Shown: in pieces, positions 1-14,665 of the stretch
Layout of the letters: each line of letters begins with the position of its first letter
How positions within the stretch are numbered: position 1 is the stretch's first letter
Origin: the human T2T-CHM13v2.0 reference genome, Homo sapiens
Assembly: GCF_009914755.1 (NCBI RefSeq)
Contig: NC_060935.1
DNA: 64,000 nucleotides
Strand: one strand, 5' to 3'
Made by a program: the position numbers and the translations under genes
The notes under the pieces: model-generated
Told to the model about the DNA's origin: nothing
Seen by the model: only the letters and a program-made list of their open reading frames with translations
Databases searched by the model: none

Positions 1-2096
1 CCAGATTGAGAGATAAAATATTACTATGGCCCATTTCCTTCCAGTTCTCTGCATGAAGGTGATTGGTGGTGGGAAAGATAAGCTGTTGGAAAAACAGACT
101 TATGCAAAAAATAAGTTATTAAGATCTATAACATCTATATCTATATATATGCTTCAAATAATTTTTTGTGAAAATTTTTTCTAGGTAGTCTTTTATAACA
201 TGAAACTAAGAATTTCGTCAGCTATCAAATATACCATATACTGAAATATAAAGCTATAAAAAGACTGAAAAAATGGTGAAAAATATATTAGGCATGTTCT
301 TCACCAAATTATGTGAGAAAATAAGCACATATTTCAATAATTAAAATTATTTTGATTCAGTGTTACATTGTAAGGACTATGACTATGAAAATATTAAATT
401 ATCAACCAAAAAAATCCCTGGACCAGATTAATAGCCAAATTCTACTGACATACAAAGAAAAGCTAGTACCAATCATGCTGTAATTATTCTCAAAAAATGA
501 GGAGGAGGGACTTTTCCGTAACTCATTTTACAATGCCAGCATCATTCTGGTACCAAAACCTGGCAGAGACACAACAAAAATAGAAAACTTCAATCCAATA
601 TCCCTGATACACATAGATGCAAAACTTCTCAACAAAATACTAGCAAATCAAAAGTAACAGCACATCTAAAAGCTAATCCATCACAATGAAATAGGCTTTA
701 ATCCTTGGATGCAAGATTGATTCAACATACACAAATCAATTAATGTCATTCGTAAACAAAATGAAAACAACATGATCATCTCAAGAGATGCAGAAAAGGC
801 TTTCAATAAAATTCAACATCCGTTCATGTTTAAAACTCTCAATAAACTAGGCATTGAAGGAACATATATCAAAATAGTAAGACCCATCTATGACAAACCA
901 ACAGCCAACATCATACTGAAGGGGCAAGAGCTGGAAGCATTCCCCTTGAGAACTAGAACAAGACAAGGATACCCACCCTTACCACTCTTGTTCATCATAC
1001 TACTGGAAGCCCTAGCCAGAACAGTCAGGAAAGAGAAATAAATAAAAGGTGTACAAATCGAAGAGAGGAAGTCAAACTGTCTCTTTTCGCAGATGATATT
1101 ACTCTATAACTAGGAAACCCCACAGACTCTGCCGAAAGACTCCTAGAACTGATAAATAACTTTGGTAAAGTTAAAGGGTACAAAATCAATGTAATCAATG
1201 TACACACATCAGTAGCATTTCTATATAGCAATAATATTCAAGCTGAGCGCAATCCCATTCACAATAGCCATGAAAAGAATAAAATACCCAGGAATACAGC
1301 TAACCAAAGAAATCAAAGATCTCTGAAAGGAGATTACAAAACACTGCTGAAAGAAATAAGAAATAACACAAACAAGTGGAAAAATATTCCAAACTCATCA
1401 ATAGCAAAAATCAATATTATTAAAATGGCCATATAGCCCAAAACATTGCACAGATTTGATGCTATTCTTATCAAACTATTAATGTCATTTTTCACAGAAT
1501 TAGAAAAAATCTAAAATTCATATGGAAATAAAAAGAGCCCAAATAGTCAAGACAATCCTAAGGAAAAGGTAGAAAGCCAGAGACATCATATTACCAGACT
1601 GCAAACTATACTACAAGGTAGTATAACCAAAACAACATAGTACTGGTATAAAGCACGCACTTAGACCAATGGAATAGGTTAGAGAACCCAGAAATAAAGC
1701 TTCACACCTACACACATCTGATCTTTGACAAAGTTCACAATAACAAGCAATGGGGAAAGGACTCCCTATTTAATAAATGGTCCTGGGAAAACTGGCTAGT
1801 TATATGCCAAAATGGGAACAGATCACTGTCTTTTACCATATACAAAAATCAACTGAAGCTGGATTAAAAGCTTAAATGTAATACCAAAAACTATAAAAAC
1901 CCTAGAAGAAAACCTAGGAAATACCATGATGGACATCAGCCTTGGCAAAGAGTTTATGATTAAGTCCCCAAAAGCAATTGAAACAAAAACAAAAATGGGC
2001 AAGTGGGACCTATTTAAACTAAAGAGCTTCTGCACAGAAAAAGAAACTATCAACAGAGTAAACAGACAACATACAGAGTTGAAGAAAATATTTGCA

Positions 2097-2350
2097 GGCC
2101 GAGGTGGGCAGATCACCTTTGGTTGGGAGTTCCAGACCAGCCTGAGCAAAATGGAGAAACCCCATCTCCACTAAAAATATAAAATTAGCCAGGTGTGGTG
2201 GTGCATGCCTATAATCCCAGCTACTCAGGAGGCTGAGGGGAGTCGTTTGAACCCAGGAGGCGGAGGTTGCCCTGATCACTCCATTGCACTGAGCCGAGAT
2301 TGCGCCATTGCACTCCAGCCTGAACAACAGGAGTGAAACTCCATCAAAAA
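2097..2350 (+). mobile_element. 5'-truncated AluS inserted in the L1
   Basis: Starts at ggccgaggtgggcagatcacc and has an A-rich linker and right arm. 16-bp TSD gaagaaaatatttgca (2081-2096) / gaaggaaatatttgca (2641-2656). Confidence 0.95.
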
Positions 2351-2645
<295 letters not shown>

Positions 2646-4631
2646 AAATATTTGCAAACTATGAATGTGACAGAGGACTAATGTCCAGAATCTATAAGGA
2701 ACTTCAACAAGCATAAAACAACCCCATTAAAGTATGGGCAAAGGACATAAATAGACACTTCTCAAAAGAATACATAAATGCAGCCTACAAATATATGAAA
2801 AAATGTTCAATGTCACTAGTCATTAGAGAAATGCAAATCAAAACCTCAATGAGATACATCAAATCTGTCAGAATGGCTATTACTAAAAAATGAATAACAG
2901 ATGCTGACAAAGCTGTGGGGAAAAGGGAACACTTATACACTGTTGGTGAGAATGCAAATTAGTTTAGTCACTTTGAAAAATAGTGTGGAGATTTCTCAAA
3001 GAACTTAGAATGACCATTCCACCCAGAAATCCTACTACTGGCTATATACCACCCCCCAAAACAATTGCTCTACCATAAAGACACCTGTGTTTATTGTAGC
3101 ACTATTCACAATAGCAAAGCCATGGAATCAAACTAGATGTCCATCAAAGGTGGACAGGATAAAGAAAATGTGATACATAAACACTATGGAATACTACACA
3201 GCCATAAAACGGATGAAATAATGTTTTTTTGCAACAACATGGATACAGCTGGAGGTCATTATCCTAAGCAAATTAATGCAGAAACAGCAAATCAAATACC
3301 ACATGTTCTCACTTATAATCAGGAGGAAAGATTGGGTACACATGGACACAGAGCTGAGAACAATAGACACTGGTGACTACTTGAGTATTGAATATTGATA
3401 TCCATTCAATTTTTTAATGTCATACTTATTTACCAATTGATGTTTTATCAAAGAACAGAATATAACACTGTGTTAGCTATAGCATGAGACATTTTCTTTG
3501 TTTAAATGTGGGTCCTTGGGATCATTCGTTTTCACATTTTCTTAAATTATTGTCCATTTTGACAAAATTTCCACTAAAAAGACCAATTCTGCTGGTGAAA
3601 AAAATACAGATCACAAAGGTTTCTGTCAAGATTTATAATGCAGTGTTAAGAATAATGAAATTTACAAAAAATGAATCTCATAATTACTTGATTGCAGATG
3701 AACAAAATCTAGATATGTCATATAGTATGCACCTGCAAGTGCCTTCATAATGTACATCATAAGTGAAGAATCATTGTTTTAGACTCTTCTTCTTCAGTAT
3801 AAATGAGTGACATATACAATAGAATGGCTTATAATATCTTTGGATTCACAGGCTATTTCTTACTTTTGACCATTGGGGAAAGGCATTAATTTATACCTAA
3901 TTGGGTAGCTGATTAATTTGGCTGACTCCCTATAGTAAAAGAAACTGATTGCATTTCACAGCAGGATGTTTTTAATCATGACATGATTATAATCTCCCTA
4001 AGGATACATTAACTTAATATATACATTGACTGCAGTCTATATGAAGGTAGTGAAAAGTAGGACAGTGAAATTTGTATCTACCAGATCTGAGTTTTAGAGT
4101 TTGCTCTGCAGTTTGTTACCTATAACATTTAACAGGTCTTATTAAATTTTCTTAGCTTTAGTTGTTTTGAAAAAAACTTTTTTGCACATTTATTGAGAGC
4201 ATTATATATTACTTATAAAAATTTAGTTATTTTAGAATCTTAAGAAAACTGATCAAATATAGTTGAAAACATCTGCATATCATGTGTAGATCTAAATAAA
4301 AGGATACTAAAACAGTTTAAGCTATATAAAGGAATTACCTACTTTATTATTCCCATTTAATCCTATGTGGGATAAGAAGATAAGAAAGAAACAGAGAATC
4401 ACTGTAGAGCAGAATAAAATGGTAATTGAAGTTCAAATTTTAGGCTAGGATGACCACATGTATTACTGAATGGGTAATGAACACTGATATCCAGTTTGTT
4501 GTAGGAAAAGTTTGCATTTTTTTCCTGTCTTTTTTCTTCAAGATTTAGCTCATTTCTTAGTACCAAGCTGTTCAGCATACAGTACATCTATCTAGGCAGT
4601 ATATGCTGTACTTTATGTTGTTTAACACAAA

Positions 4632-4758
4632 CAGCATCACCAAAAGGCTTGTTAAAATTGCAGAATCTGAAGCCCCACCCCAGTCCTGTTGAACCAGAAT
4701 CTGCATGTTAGCAGGATCCCAGGTGATTCACGAGCACATTAGGATTTGAGAAAAACTG
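4632..4758. mobile_element. MER5-type hAT-Charlie DNA transposon fragment
   Basis: cagcatcacc...cttgttaaaattgcagaatct...ccccaccccag...cagaatctgcat...cccaggtgattc...tttgagaaaaactg resembles MER5A/B. Confidence 0.7.
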
Positions 4759-6785
4759 TATTCTCTGGAACTTCTACCAACAATGAGGAAGAAGAAGAAG
4801 AAAGAAACTGAACATGAACTGCCCAATAGTGTCAAGTGTCTGGAATCAATTCTGCAGAGACTTTAGGGTTTAATATTCTGCTAAGGACTCCCGAGTTAGC
4901 AAATCTCTCACCCACTGACATTAACATGTTTTTGCTATAAGATATTTTTTGGGGGAGGGGGAGGGATAGAAGCTGTCCCTTGAGAAGTCCATGTTTAAAT
5001 GTAACCACCAGCAGGTGAGACAACAATACATTCCACCAGTAGCCATTACCTTCTTCAGGCAAATTGATTGCTCAGTAGTGGAAATTGAACAACTGAGGCT
5101 TCATTTGAAATTGTAAGGTCTGGGACATCAGGGACTGTGACTGTACCTGGTACAGGATACATACACACACGAACCCATATACACAATCCGTTTTGAATTA
5201 GACTTTTTTCAGGAAAAGGTCCAAAGCATGAGATGCTTCTGTTTGGAAATAAAATAATTTTTTTTCATAAAATTGTGGTAACATTTAAATAACATAATGG
5301 TGGAAAAATGCTCAATGACAGTAATTTTTCTTATTTGACATTGAATTTATGATATGAATAGAGAGACATTATGGGTCCTTAAAAACTCAATTATATAAAA
5401 CAATGTAAATCAGAATTCAATATCAATTCAGTGCAGGCACAAAAATGAGTCAATTTCCAAATTGCCATTGTGAAAGTTGAAAACTTCATTGCTTGGCGGT
5501 TTTCCAGTTTGGGATTTGTTCAATCTAGCTATCTAGTTACAAACCCAAAACCATGTCTACAGCTGGTATGCATTTTAAGACCAAACAGCTCTTATTTGTA
5601 TTTGTGTTTGTGGAATAGAGAGATAAATAAAACAAAATTATTATCAAATAAATTATTACAAAATTTAAAAATAATTGAAATAAATAGATTAGACTTGGAT
5701 TACTCCCGGAATAACAAAATGAAGTTCAAAAGTAAATCTAACTAATTTGCGTATGTTTTATTACAGAAATCTTTGGCTATTTTTTTGTTCTAGGCCAGCT
5801 AAATGTTAATTTAAAATTGCATGGTATTTATTTTTCATGAGTCATGTAGTTTACTTCCACAGCTGAACTCTAACAATGTGATGAGGATAAATATAACCCA
5901 AATAGAAAGTCCTATTGTTGGCCATGATGCCTGAATTAGCATGTCCAATCCACCAAAAAAAAACTATTTGCTAAATATTAAGAAAAAGACACAATGATTG
6001 AGCATTATTTGGCTTGTTTTTTAACACAAATACAAACTATTGACTTACGGTATGATTAGAGTTCATTTTTATACAGATCAATGTCTTAAGAAAAAACAAA
6101 ATATCCTTGAGTTGACTGGGAATAACCAATGACTATAAATCAAACAGAACATTTCTTTATAATTTGGTTACCAACTGATAAATATCTTATTGAGGTTTGA
6201 TAGGTCTTCCTCATTCCCTTCCAAATAACACTTAGCTTTCATGTGTGGACTTTCTGAGAAAAAATTCAAGCCAAGGCAATCACATCTGAACACTGGAATC
6301 TACAACCTATGCATAATACTACAAAACACCAAATTGTTTGTGGCTTTTAGTTGAACAGGTCAGCGAAATGTCAACCATATTACATCTTCCTCCTCTTAAT
6401 CCCCAGTATATGAGGAAACATTTATTGCATACTTACAATGTTGTAGGTATCATCAATTTCTCTTTATAAATACACTATAAAGGGAGGACTATTTTGTATC
6501 TTCTATTTAAAAATAAGGTCAAGTGACTTTTCCAATGTCATATAGGGGAGAGATGAACACAAGTTCTCTTTAGGCAGCATGAACCAGCTCCAGTACAGTA
6601 CTGAAAGAGCCAACGGTTGCAAATGTGAGGGGTATTTCAAAAGCAGACAGCTAGCGAAGACATTGTCTTCATCAACATTTCCATTAGAGACCACTTCTGG
6701 GATCTTGGAAAAACTCAAAAAAGGGCCAGTTAGTGTGCATCCACCATTATAATATATCACTCAAACTAGACTACAGCTGTGGTAC

Positions 6786-7159
6786 TGTATTAGTCTATTC
6801 TCACACAGCTATAAAGACATACACAAGGCTGGGTAATTTATGAAGAAAAGAGGTTTAATTGGCTCACAGTTCTGCAGGCTGAACAGGGAGCATGGCTGGG
6901 GAGGCCTCAGGAAACACAGAATCATGGCAGAATGTAAAGGGGAAGCAAGCAGGTCTTCACATCGTGGCAAGTGAGAGAGAGCAAATGGGGAAGTTCTACA
7001 CCCTTTTAAACAACCAGATCTCGTGAGAATTATTACAAGAACTGCATGGGGGGAAATCCACCCTCATGATCCGATTACTTCCTGCCGGATCCCTCCATCA
7101 TACTGAAGATCATAATTTAACATGAGAGTTCGGTAGGGACACAGAACCAAACCACATCA
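6786..7159 (-). mobile_element. MaLR solo LTR (MSTA/THE1-like)
   Basis: tgtattagtc...ctgggtaatttatgaagaaaagaggtttaattggctcacagttctgcaggct...accaaaccacatca; TG..CA ends; 5-bp TSD ggtac/ggtag. Confidence 0.9.
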
Positions 7160-8815
7160 GGTAGTGAAGTCACATTCTTTTTTCCCTCCTTTCTGTTTCA
7201 ACTTGAACCTTGATGGGCCACAAACTGCAACTGAAAAGTGGGTGAGAGACTATCATACCAGAAAGTGAGGACTGACTATTCTCCCTTCTGCCCTATTGAT
7301 TTCCTACCATGAAGAAGAGACGAACTATGTGTGTTGGGGAAGGAGGGTAGTTATATTAGATAGAGATTCAAGTTTCATTTTATATTGGGGGTGGACTTTT
7401 TAATTACCGAATGAGTAAGACATGACAAGAAAAGCTATGAGGACTGACTGGGATTCCATCTAGGAAAGTATTAAAAATAAGGTTTGTTTTTAATTGCACT
7501 TGCCAAGTCTGTTACATCTCCACTGAATCTTCTGTACCTGATCAATGCCACATGAGATTACATTAAGAGTTCTGTATTGTTTCTGTTCCCATTTGTAGAA
7601 AATGTGATTGTTTTTAATAATGGAGAATTACAGATGGAAAAATCAAATGAGCACCATGATTTATGTCAATATATCAAAATAAAAAGAGTTTGTTTGTGAG
7701 CAAGTGGGGATGTCAGTATAAATGGGTGTAATCACATTTGCTCCCAAATTGCCCTGTAAAGCTTCTATCCTTCTTGCATATCTCAATCACAGTTTTCATG
7801 AGGAATTACAGATACCTGTTTAGCATTAGTATTTGCTAGAAAAATTGCAAAGATTCTATTGGATGCCACTACATTTGATAAACATAGAAAAATATTTAAT
7901 TGGATGACAAGGGTGTCTTGGGTGCTCTTGTGTATTTAGACATAAAAACACAAACATAGGAAATTCCACACCAGAGCCAGTATGTCTGCAATAACTCTGT
8001 CTTCAATTGTAAAATCCCAAGTTTTTGTCCCAGTTCTGCTACCCAGCTGCCACACGATTAGGCAGCTCTCATAACCACGTAACTTTTTACTTTGGAGAAT
8101 TTCAGTGTGTACACTGGTACCCTAAAAGCCTTCTTCTACAAATGTTGCTATAAAGTATTTTTTATCAGACCAAAGGTTGTCACTAGAACCAATATCAAAT
8201 GGTTTTGAGTGTCATTCTCCAACTAGATATCTGCCTAGCTTCAAACACAATCAGAATACTTGTATTCCTGGGTTTTGGACGGTTGACTTGCATCATAAGA
8301 CACTGACATATAATTTGAAAGAGAATAAGCATAAATATAGTAATTTCTGAGTCTTATAAAGGTAACAATAATTTTGAAAGAATTAAAGGTAATGAGTTAT
8401 TTGTGTCTCTCCAATAGCACCAAACCAGTTTAATTTTTTTCTGTCACTGAAGTGATCATTTTGAAAATTGATTATCAGCATTGACTGGTTGTTTTTATGT
8501 TATAAAAGAACAATCTATGTTACTCTAAGGGGTACTGTTTCCTATTAAGGGTCATTGATCCACAGAAAATAAATCAACTGAGAGCTTCACAACTATAAAA
8601 TACAGCTTTATTTAGTTTGGTTTCTTTTAAAAAAAGAATGTAATAGATGATAGTTAAAAGAAATGAAAAAAATACAAGAGACAAAAAAAGAAAATAGTTA
8701 AAATATACGACAAACAATACTACGGAAAAGCTAGATGAGAGAATCGTGTTGATACATTAGCAGTTATGGGAAAAAGAGAATTGAAGATATCAAAAAAGAA
8801 ATTCAAATTTCAAGG

Positions 8816-8848
8816 GTGTGTGTGTGTGTGTCTGTGCGCACGCTCACG
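8816..8848. repeat. (TG)n microsatellite
   Basis: gtgtgtgtgtgtgtgtctgtgcgcacgc. Confidence 0.85.
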
Positions 8849-9374
8849 TATATATAGGAGAATATAGAAAAGGAGAAATAGATTTCTGTACAGTAGCATT
8901 ATTTTATAGAATAAAAGTTCCCATGGCAGTTCCTATTTAAAGGCATGTTTTATTTTCATTCTTTTAGAAATAAATACAAAGACTGTCTTTTTACCCATGT
9001 GTTGTAGATGTCATGAAACTAAGTCCCAAACTAACATCTTGCTAACCACCCACACTTCATAAGCAAACCAAACCTCAGTTCACTCAATCTGAGTTCTCTT
9101 GCTTTTCAAAGCAGTTCCAGGAACAAAAGAGAGGCAAACAATACCATTTCCAAGCAGGAACACTTACACAAATATTTTATTTGAAACCACTGACTTGTCC
9201 TAATTACCATATTTCCAGTATACATGATCACTAAATAGAGACATTCTCTATGCACAGATATCTGAAGTTCCAAGTCTATAAGTCAACATAAATTTAGAAA
9301 GAATTAAATTAAATTCTTACATTCTAATTAAATTAAATTAATTTAAAAAGAATAAAGAAGTTACAGTTTGGATT

Positions 9375-9545
9375 TAGGAGCATGAATTTTAAAATCCAAT
9401 GTCTCTACTCACTAATGGTTTAACTTTAAGTAGATTTCTTAAGTATTCTGACTTGTTTATAAAGTGGAGGTAATAATGTAATTTCAAGTTCATCATTGTA
9501 AGGATTAGAGCTAATATATGTATAATACCTACAACATAAAGTTGC
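9375..9545 (+). mobile_element. MIR SINE relic
   Basis: Core-like tataaagtggaggtaataat...attgtaaggattagagctaatatatgta. Confidence 0.55.
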
Positions 9546-10154
9546 TATATGAGAGCAGTAGTAACAATTATCATAATTATACTTTGCTTGTGATATAATA
9601 CAGATTATTTTTCATTTTCTATCTGATTTTGAAAATTATTAATATGTGCTTTATTGTTTCTGTTTTATATGTAAATGTGAGTGCATACATATACATAAAA
9701 TATTCTAGAAAATATAGACATTTAACTAGAATATTTAATATTTTCACTGACTCCTAATAAATGACATATTTAAAATATTATAATTCTTTCATTGTTTCCT
9801 AAGCATTATGTAAAATTAAATTCTGGGTGTCAGATTATACTTCATGAATTTATTATCATTGTTTGATTAAAAGTACACTCAAAATCTCTAGCAAGACAAA
9901 GCCTATATATATATTTTCATTTCATTTATTTTAACATTTTCTTACTCATTTATCCTATCTCTTCTTACATTTTCAATCTATATATTAATTAAATATTCCT
10001 TTTTTAAAGTTATGTAAGTATATGTAGGTTACTTTGTTTATATAGACCAAAAGTATTTTATTCTATCATTTTTATTTCTTGCTTTTAGAAAATTTTTCAT
10101 GTAAAATATGAACATTTAAATATTTTACCAGGTTTATTATTGTTGCTTTTCTTT

Positions 10155-10282
10155 TTTTGTATTTTTTTATTATACTTTAAGTTCTAGGGTACATGTGCAC
10201 AACATGCAGGTTTGGTACATATGTATACATGTGCCATGTTGGTGTGCTGCTCCCATTAACTCGTCATTTACGTTAGGTATAT
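10155..10282 (-). mobile_element. Very short 5'-truncated L1PA 3' end (~125 bp)
   Basis: Poly(T) followed by ttattatactttaagttctagggtacatgtgcacaacatgcagg...cccattaactcgtcattta, the reverse complement of the L1PA 3' terminus. Confidence 0.92.
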
Positions 10283-11365
10283 TGTTTTTCTTTAACTTAT
10301 GTTATCAGAAAAAACTTGCTTGCAACTAAATGTTATCTATCTACATTGTTTTTCAGGGTTACTTTCCTCTTATTACAAGAAAAGGAATATCAGTCTATTA
10401 AAACATGATTTAGAGATAACATTGTCATTGTTGTGTTTGCACAACAGTGCTAGGATTCCAATCCAATCATATATGTCTAAAAACTCAGTAGGAATATTCA
10501 GGCAAACTTGTATATGCATTCAACATTACAAACAGTCAAGTCTTTGGTCTTGGTACCAACAGTAATTGGACAGGAGGGCAGAGAGAAACAATGGCTTACA
10601 AAATTTAAAATATCATTTTAATCTGATTCTATAATCCATTCAGTGATATTTAGTATTTAGTATTAAGTGGATATGCCTTACTGAAATTTTCGCTTAAGTT
10701 AATATTAAAATATGCTTATTCTATCCAAAGACATACTTACAGACAGCAGAAATAACAATTTTCCTTATGTAATTTGAAATCTACTGTGTTTATGTATGTC
10801 TAATGCCATACACACAGAAATATCCACAGAGAAAGTGCCTGTTTTCCATTTATCTTAAGTATTTGGGGAATTTTGGCACACTTATTTTGCAAGAACAGAG
10901 ATTCACAAATTTTGTTACAATATTATTGTGAAACCATTGTAATATCCATTTCCTTAGCCCTAGCACCAAATATTGATTTAATCTGTTTGTTTGAATAAAA
11001 CAAACTATAGATCTTTCCAAGTAGATGTTGTTGTTTCTTGTTCTGAAAAAGAAAGCAAATTTGCTCTATTTCAGAAACAATTCAATATTTATATATTAGA
11101 AAAACAAAGACACAAATATTTCTTAGTGGTACCTGCTATTCAATAAAAAGTGAATTCAGATACTAGGTATAATACACTTTTTCCACTGTATAGAAGAACC
11201 TGCCAACAGCTCTAGAAATATCAAAATTCTTGTTCTCAATTTGAGGTATTGAATTCATAGTTGTTGTTGTTTTTCAATAATTGAAATAACACTTATAGTG
11301 TTAATTATTTCCTGTTAAACATCAGGAACACTGTTACTTATAAATATATTTTTGCTTATATTTTT

Positions 11366-11718
11366 GCTTAAACAACAGAAATGTAAATTCTCACAGTTCT
11401 GGAGGCTGGAAGTCCAAGATCAAGGTCCAGCAGGGTTTGGTTACTGCTCAGGGCTCTCTTCTTGGCTTGCAGATGGCTGTCTTCTTACTGTGTCCTTACA
11501 TGGAGAGAACACACAGAGATGCACATAGAGGGAAGGAGACAGTGAGCTCCCTGGTGTCTCTTTTTATAAGGACACTAATAGTACTAGATTAGAACCTCAC
11601 TCTTATGACCTCATTTAACCTAATTACCTTCTAAAGGCCCTATCTTCAAATACGGTCAAATTGGAGATTAATGCTTCCACATTTTGATTTTTTTGGGGAA
11701 CACATTCAGTTAATAATA
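11366..11718 (-). mobile_element. MaLR LTR (MLT1A/MLT1A0-like)
   Basis: gcttaaacaacagaaat...ctcacagttctggaggctggaagtccaagatcaagg...ataaggacactaat...tgacctcatttaacctaattacc. Confidence 0.85.
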
Positions 11719-12032
11719 TATACCAATGTAATAGAAAACCACTTAGTTAGATTAAGATAAAACCCTTCTGAGTCAGACAGACTGGATTCAAATCCTGATT
11801 CTATAGCCTGTCTATTACTATGGCAAAGGTGGCATCACTAGCACCTATGTAATTACTTGCACCATAAATATGTTATAGCTATTCAATAAAATCTACTTAA
11901 AAGGAACCCCACCTAATATCTAGAATATGGCAATACTCAATAGCTAATGATAATAATGATAATTTCATTAACATCATCATTAAAAGACAAGCCGATAGAC
12001 TCTCTCATGCATTTACGTAGAAATTCAAGAAT

Positions 12033-13580
12033 TGTCACAGATCTTTAGAGTGTTATTTCATCAGCCAGAAACTTCTGTGGCTGGTGGTGACTCTGCTTGG
12101 GTTTTGCTTGTGCCTGCTGGGCTTGTTCTGCCCACTCAGTCTAGCAGGCTGCACTCAGCTCACATTACCAGCCTGGATCCCATGCCTGCCAAGAGCCAGC
12201 CAGGCGTGGAGCAGTGAGGGCTTCAGCCACTGCTCACAGCCAGGCATCCTGCCTGTGGTGGGACAGGCAGCTCTAGGCACCCACACAGGTGCCCGCTCCA
12301 TGTGAGGCTGCAGCTGGGCCAGATATACGACAAGAGGCTTCTGCAGCGGGCACCAGCATCTAGACAAAGGAAACGTGGTGGCATCCGAAAGCTCTGAGAT
12401 ACCAGGAACTGCAGAGCCCCCAAAGAGAATGCTACAGCCTGTTACAGCCCTGGCTCAGTGATCCCCAAGGTCTGGTCTTCCAGAAGGCCCACAGCTCTTC
12501 TCTCTTTCTTGTCCCCTGCAGTGAGGCAAGTAGGGGGCGTGTTTCAGCCCTGTTTGTGTTACAGTTCTTTTAGTCTCTCCATTCAGTGGGTCCCAAGTTC
12601 TTGTATGGTGTCCAGGAAGAATGAGGTAGGCAGACAATCGGAAGGTGACCAAGGCAGAGAGGCTCTTCACTGAGAGCCATAACAGCTCCCAGGAGACCCA
12701 AAATGGGTGTCTTCTTTCTGCAGGCAGGTCATCCCAATGAGTGTCCAGCTCGCAGCAGAGAGGACAATAGTGGAGGGTAGCTCCTTTCTGCAAGCAAGTC
12801 ATCCTGAAGTCAAGGACACCCAAAGTGGGTAGCTCCTTCCAGCAGCTGGTAGCTCGGATAGCTGTCTGAGTCTGGCTGACAGACAGGAGGAAGTGCATGC
12901 TGATTTGTCCATGGGCGGCCTTGAGTGGGCCCAGAAAAAGCACCATAAGTTCTCACTCCAGGTTGTGGACCCCACCTGGAAACGGCAGCCTGGCTGCCAG
13001 GTTTCAGGCTGTCCCTGGCTTGACGGTGGGCTTTCAATGGGGACCTGCCGCTTCCCACTCAATAACCTGTCTGCCTCTCACAATCAACATGCCCTCCACA
13101 GCGCCCAGGATTTTCATGCTGAGGGTCACTTGAAAGCCTGCACCAAGCACCCTCAGACCTCCTGGCCTCCCTCCCATGCTCATAGGTGCCCAAAGTCCGG
13201 AGGGGGCTGGCATGTCAGCACCAACCCTAGCGTGCATACAACTGCTGGGCTTGCAGCAGCACCTGGGCTCAGCCACGACTTTGATCCACACTGGAGTGAG
13301 CACCCGGAGCAAGGAGAGGCCAGGAGCAGGCACGTCCAAGCCTGCAGGGGCTAGGGGCTTCCCAGCTGGAGAGTACAGGGATGCCTGGGTCCAGAGCCAA
13401 GCTGGGCTGCTGCAGCTGCACGCAAGAGCTCGGGCTCCTGCTCCGCCAACTCCATAGGGGCGGCTGTCACGTGTTTCTGGCTTTCACTGGCCTCAGTGAG
13501 GGCACAACCCTCATCGCACCTCCCCCGCTGCAGACGACTTCTTTGCAGCGCCGGCTACAGACAGGCCGCCGCTTCTATCA
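12033..13580 (-). mobile_element. ERV1 solo LTR, MER52 family (MER52A-like), ~1.55 kb and GC-rich
   Basis: Minus strand begins tgatagaagcggcggcctgtctgtagccggcgctgc and ends ...gatctgtgaca (TG..CA). Abrupt GC-rich block in AT-rich DNA. Confidence 0.85.
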
Positions 13581-13799
13581 TGATGACCTTATATAGTAAG
13601 CAAGAACAAATGAAGAATATAGAAATGGGAAACTAAAATACATTGAGAGATGCAAATGTGTTCAGTGTTGTACTTCATATTTTAAGTATTACCTTTATAG
13701 CAAGTATAAGTGCTCACCTGTAAAAACCAAGCTGTTATATTCATTTAATACTTCAAGCCAAATTACTCAGCTTCAAGCCTCCACTCATTGTGTTGGTAG

Positions 13800-14240
13800 G
13801 AAATAAAATCCTAATAATATATATGCACCCCACCTGATTCGTATGCACATATAAGATCTCAGGCTCACATGGTGTAGCACCTGCCTCTGGTGCCCATGTC
13901 ACTTGGTACAGCTCATCTCTGCTTTTATCCACAGTTGTGTTGGACAGTTACATGCAAAATCAAACTTATATCATCCTGAGAGTATCCCATAAAAAGCAAA
14001 TGCTATGTCTCTATCTAATTCCTAACCAGAGGACTTTATCCGAAGTCATAGGAGTCCCATTTTGTGCGCACAACCCAGAAGTATAGAGTTAATCCTCAAC
14101 CAGTGGAGGATGAGAGCCAGAACTGTCCTGGGAAATGTTCTGTACCCATCGAAAATACGTAGCAAAATTTAGCACTTTTACCCAGTTGGCAAAGTGATAA
14201 CTTTGATAATCCACCTTTATATTATTAGCTTTTCTGACAT
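13800..14240 (+). mobile_element. Probable old ERVL LTR (LTR16-like)
   Basis: cccagaagt...gagttaa...caaccagtggaggatgagagccag...cccagttgg...ccacctttat resembles remembered LTR16 motifs. Very diverged; boundaries uncertain. Confidence 0.35.
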
Positions 14241-14409
14241 GCCTCTTTTATGTAACCTTTGGATTATACTTAGTATTCTTTATTATGGCCTTGAACTTCC
14301 TCTCATTTCTCCATGTGTTTTTAGTGGCTTAACTAATATCCTGAATACCCCCATTTCCATATTATTTTTGAAAAGTGTTCATTCTTTAAGATATGATGTA
14401 ATTGTCTCC

Positions 14410-14665
14410 TTCTCTCCTACTCTGGGAAGACTTCCCAAGTTCCCTTAATCATTGATTGCTTTCTTAGTTTTACCTTAGAATTTTGTTTACACCACTAGAA
14501 TAACACTTATTACGTTGTATTATACTGAGCTTTTTAAATGTTGATCTTTCCTAACAGACTATGATTCCTATATGGAATCTCACCTTTCTCATTTCTATAT
14601 CTTTGGTGTTTAGAATAGTCTCTGGCACATAGTAAGTGTTTCAAAAATGAGTGCGTTAAATGAAT
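14410..14665 (+). mobile_element. LINE-2 3' end relic
   Basis: cagactatg...tagaatagtctctggcacatagtaagtgtttcaaaaat...ttaaatgaat. Confidence 0.6.

Noticed and set aside
6560-7520. Possible very old LTR surrounding the MSTA insertion
   Set aside because: Resemblance too weak to name or delimit without a profile search.
12032-13596. Dense cluster of overlapping ORFs up to 163 aa that looks like a gene or CpG island
   Set aside because: Lies within a GC-rich MER52 LTR; no recognisable protein features.
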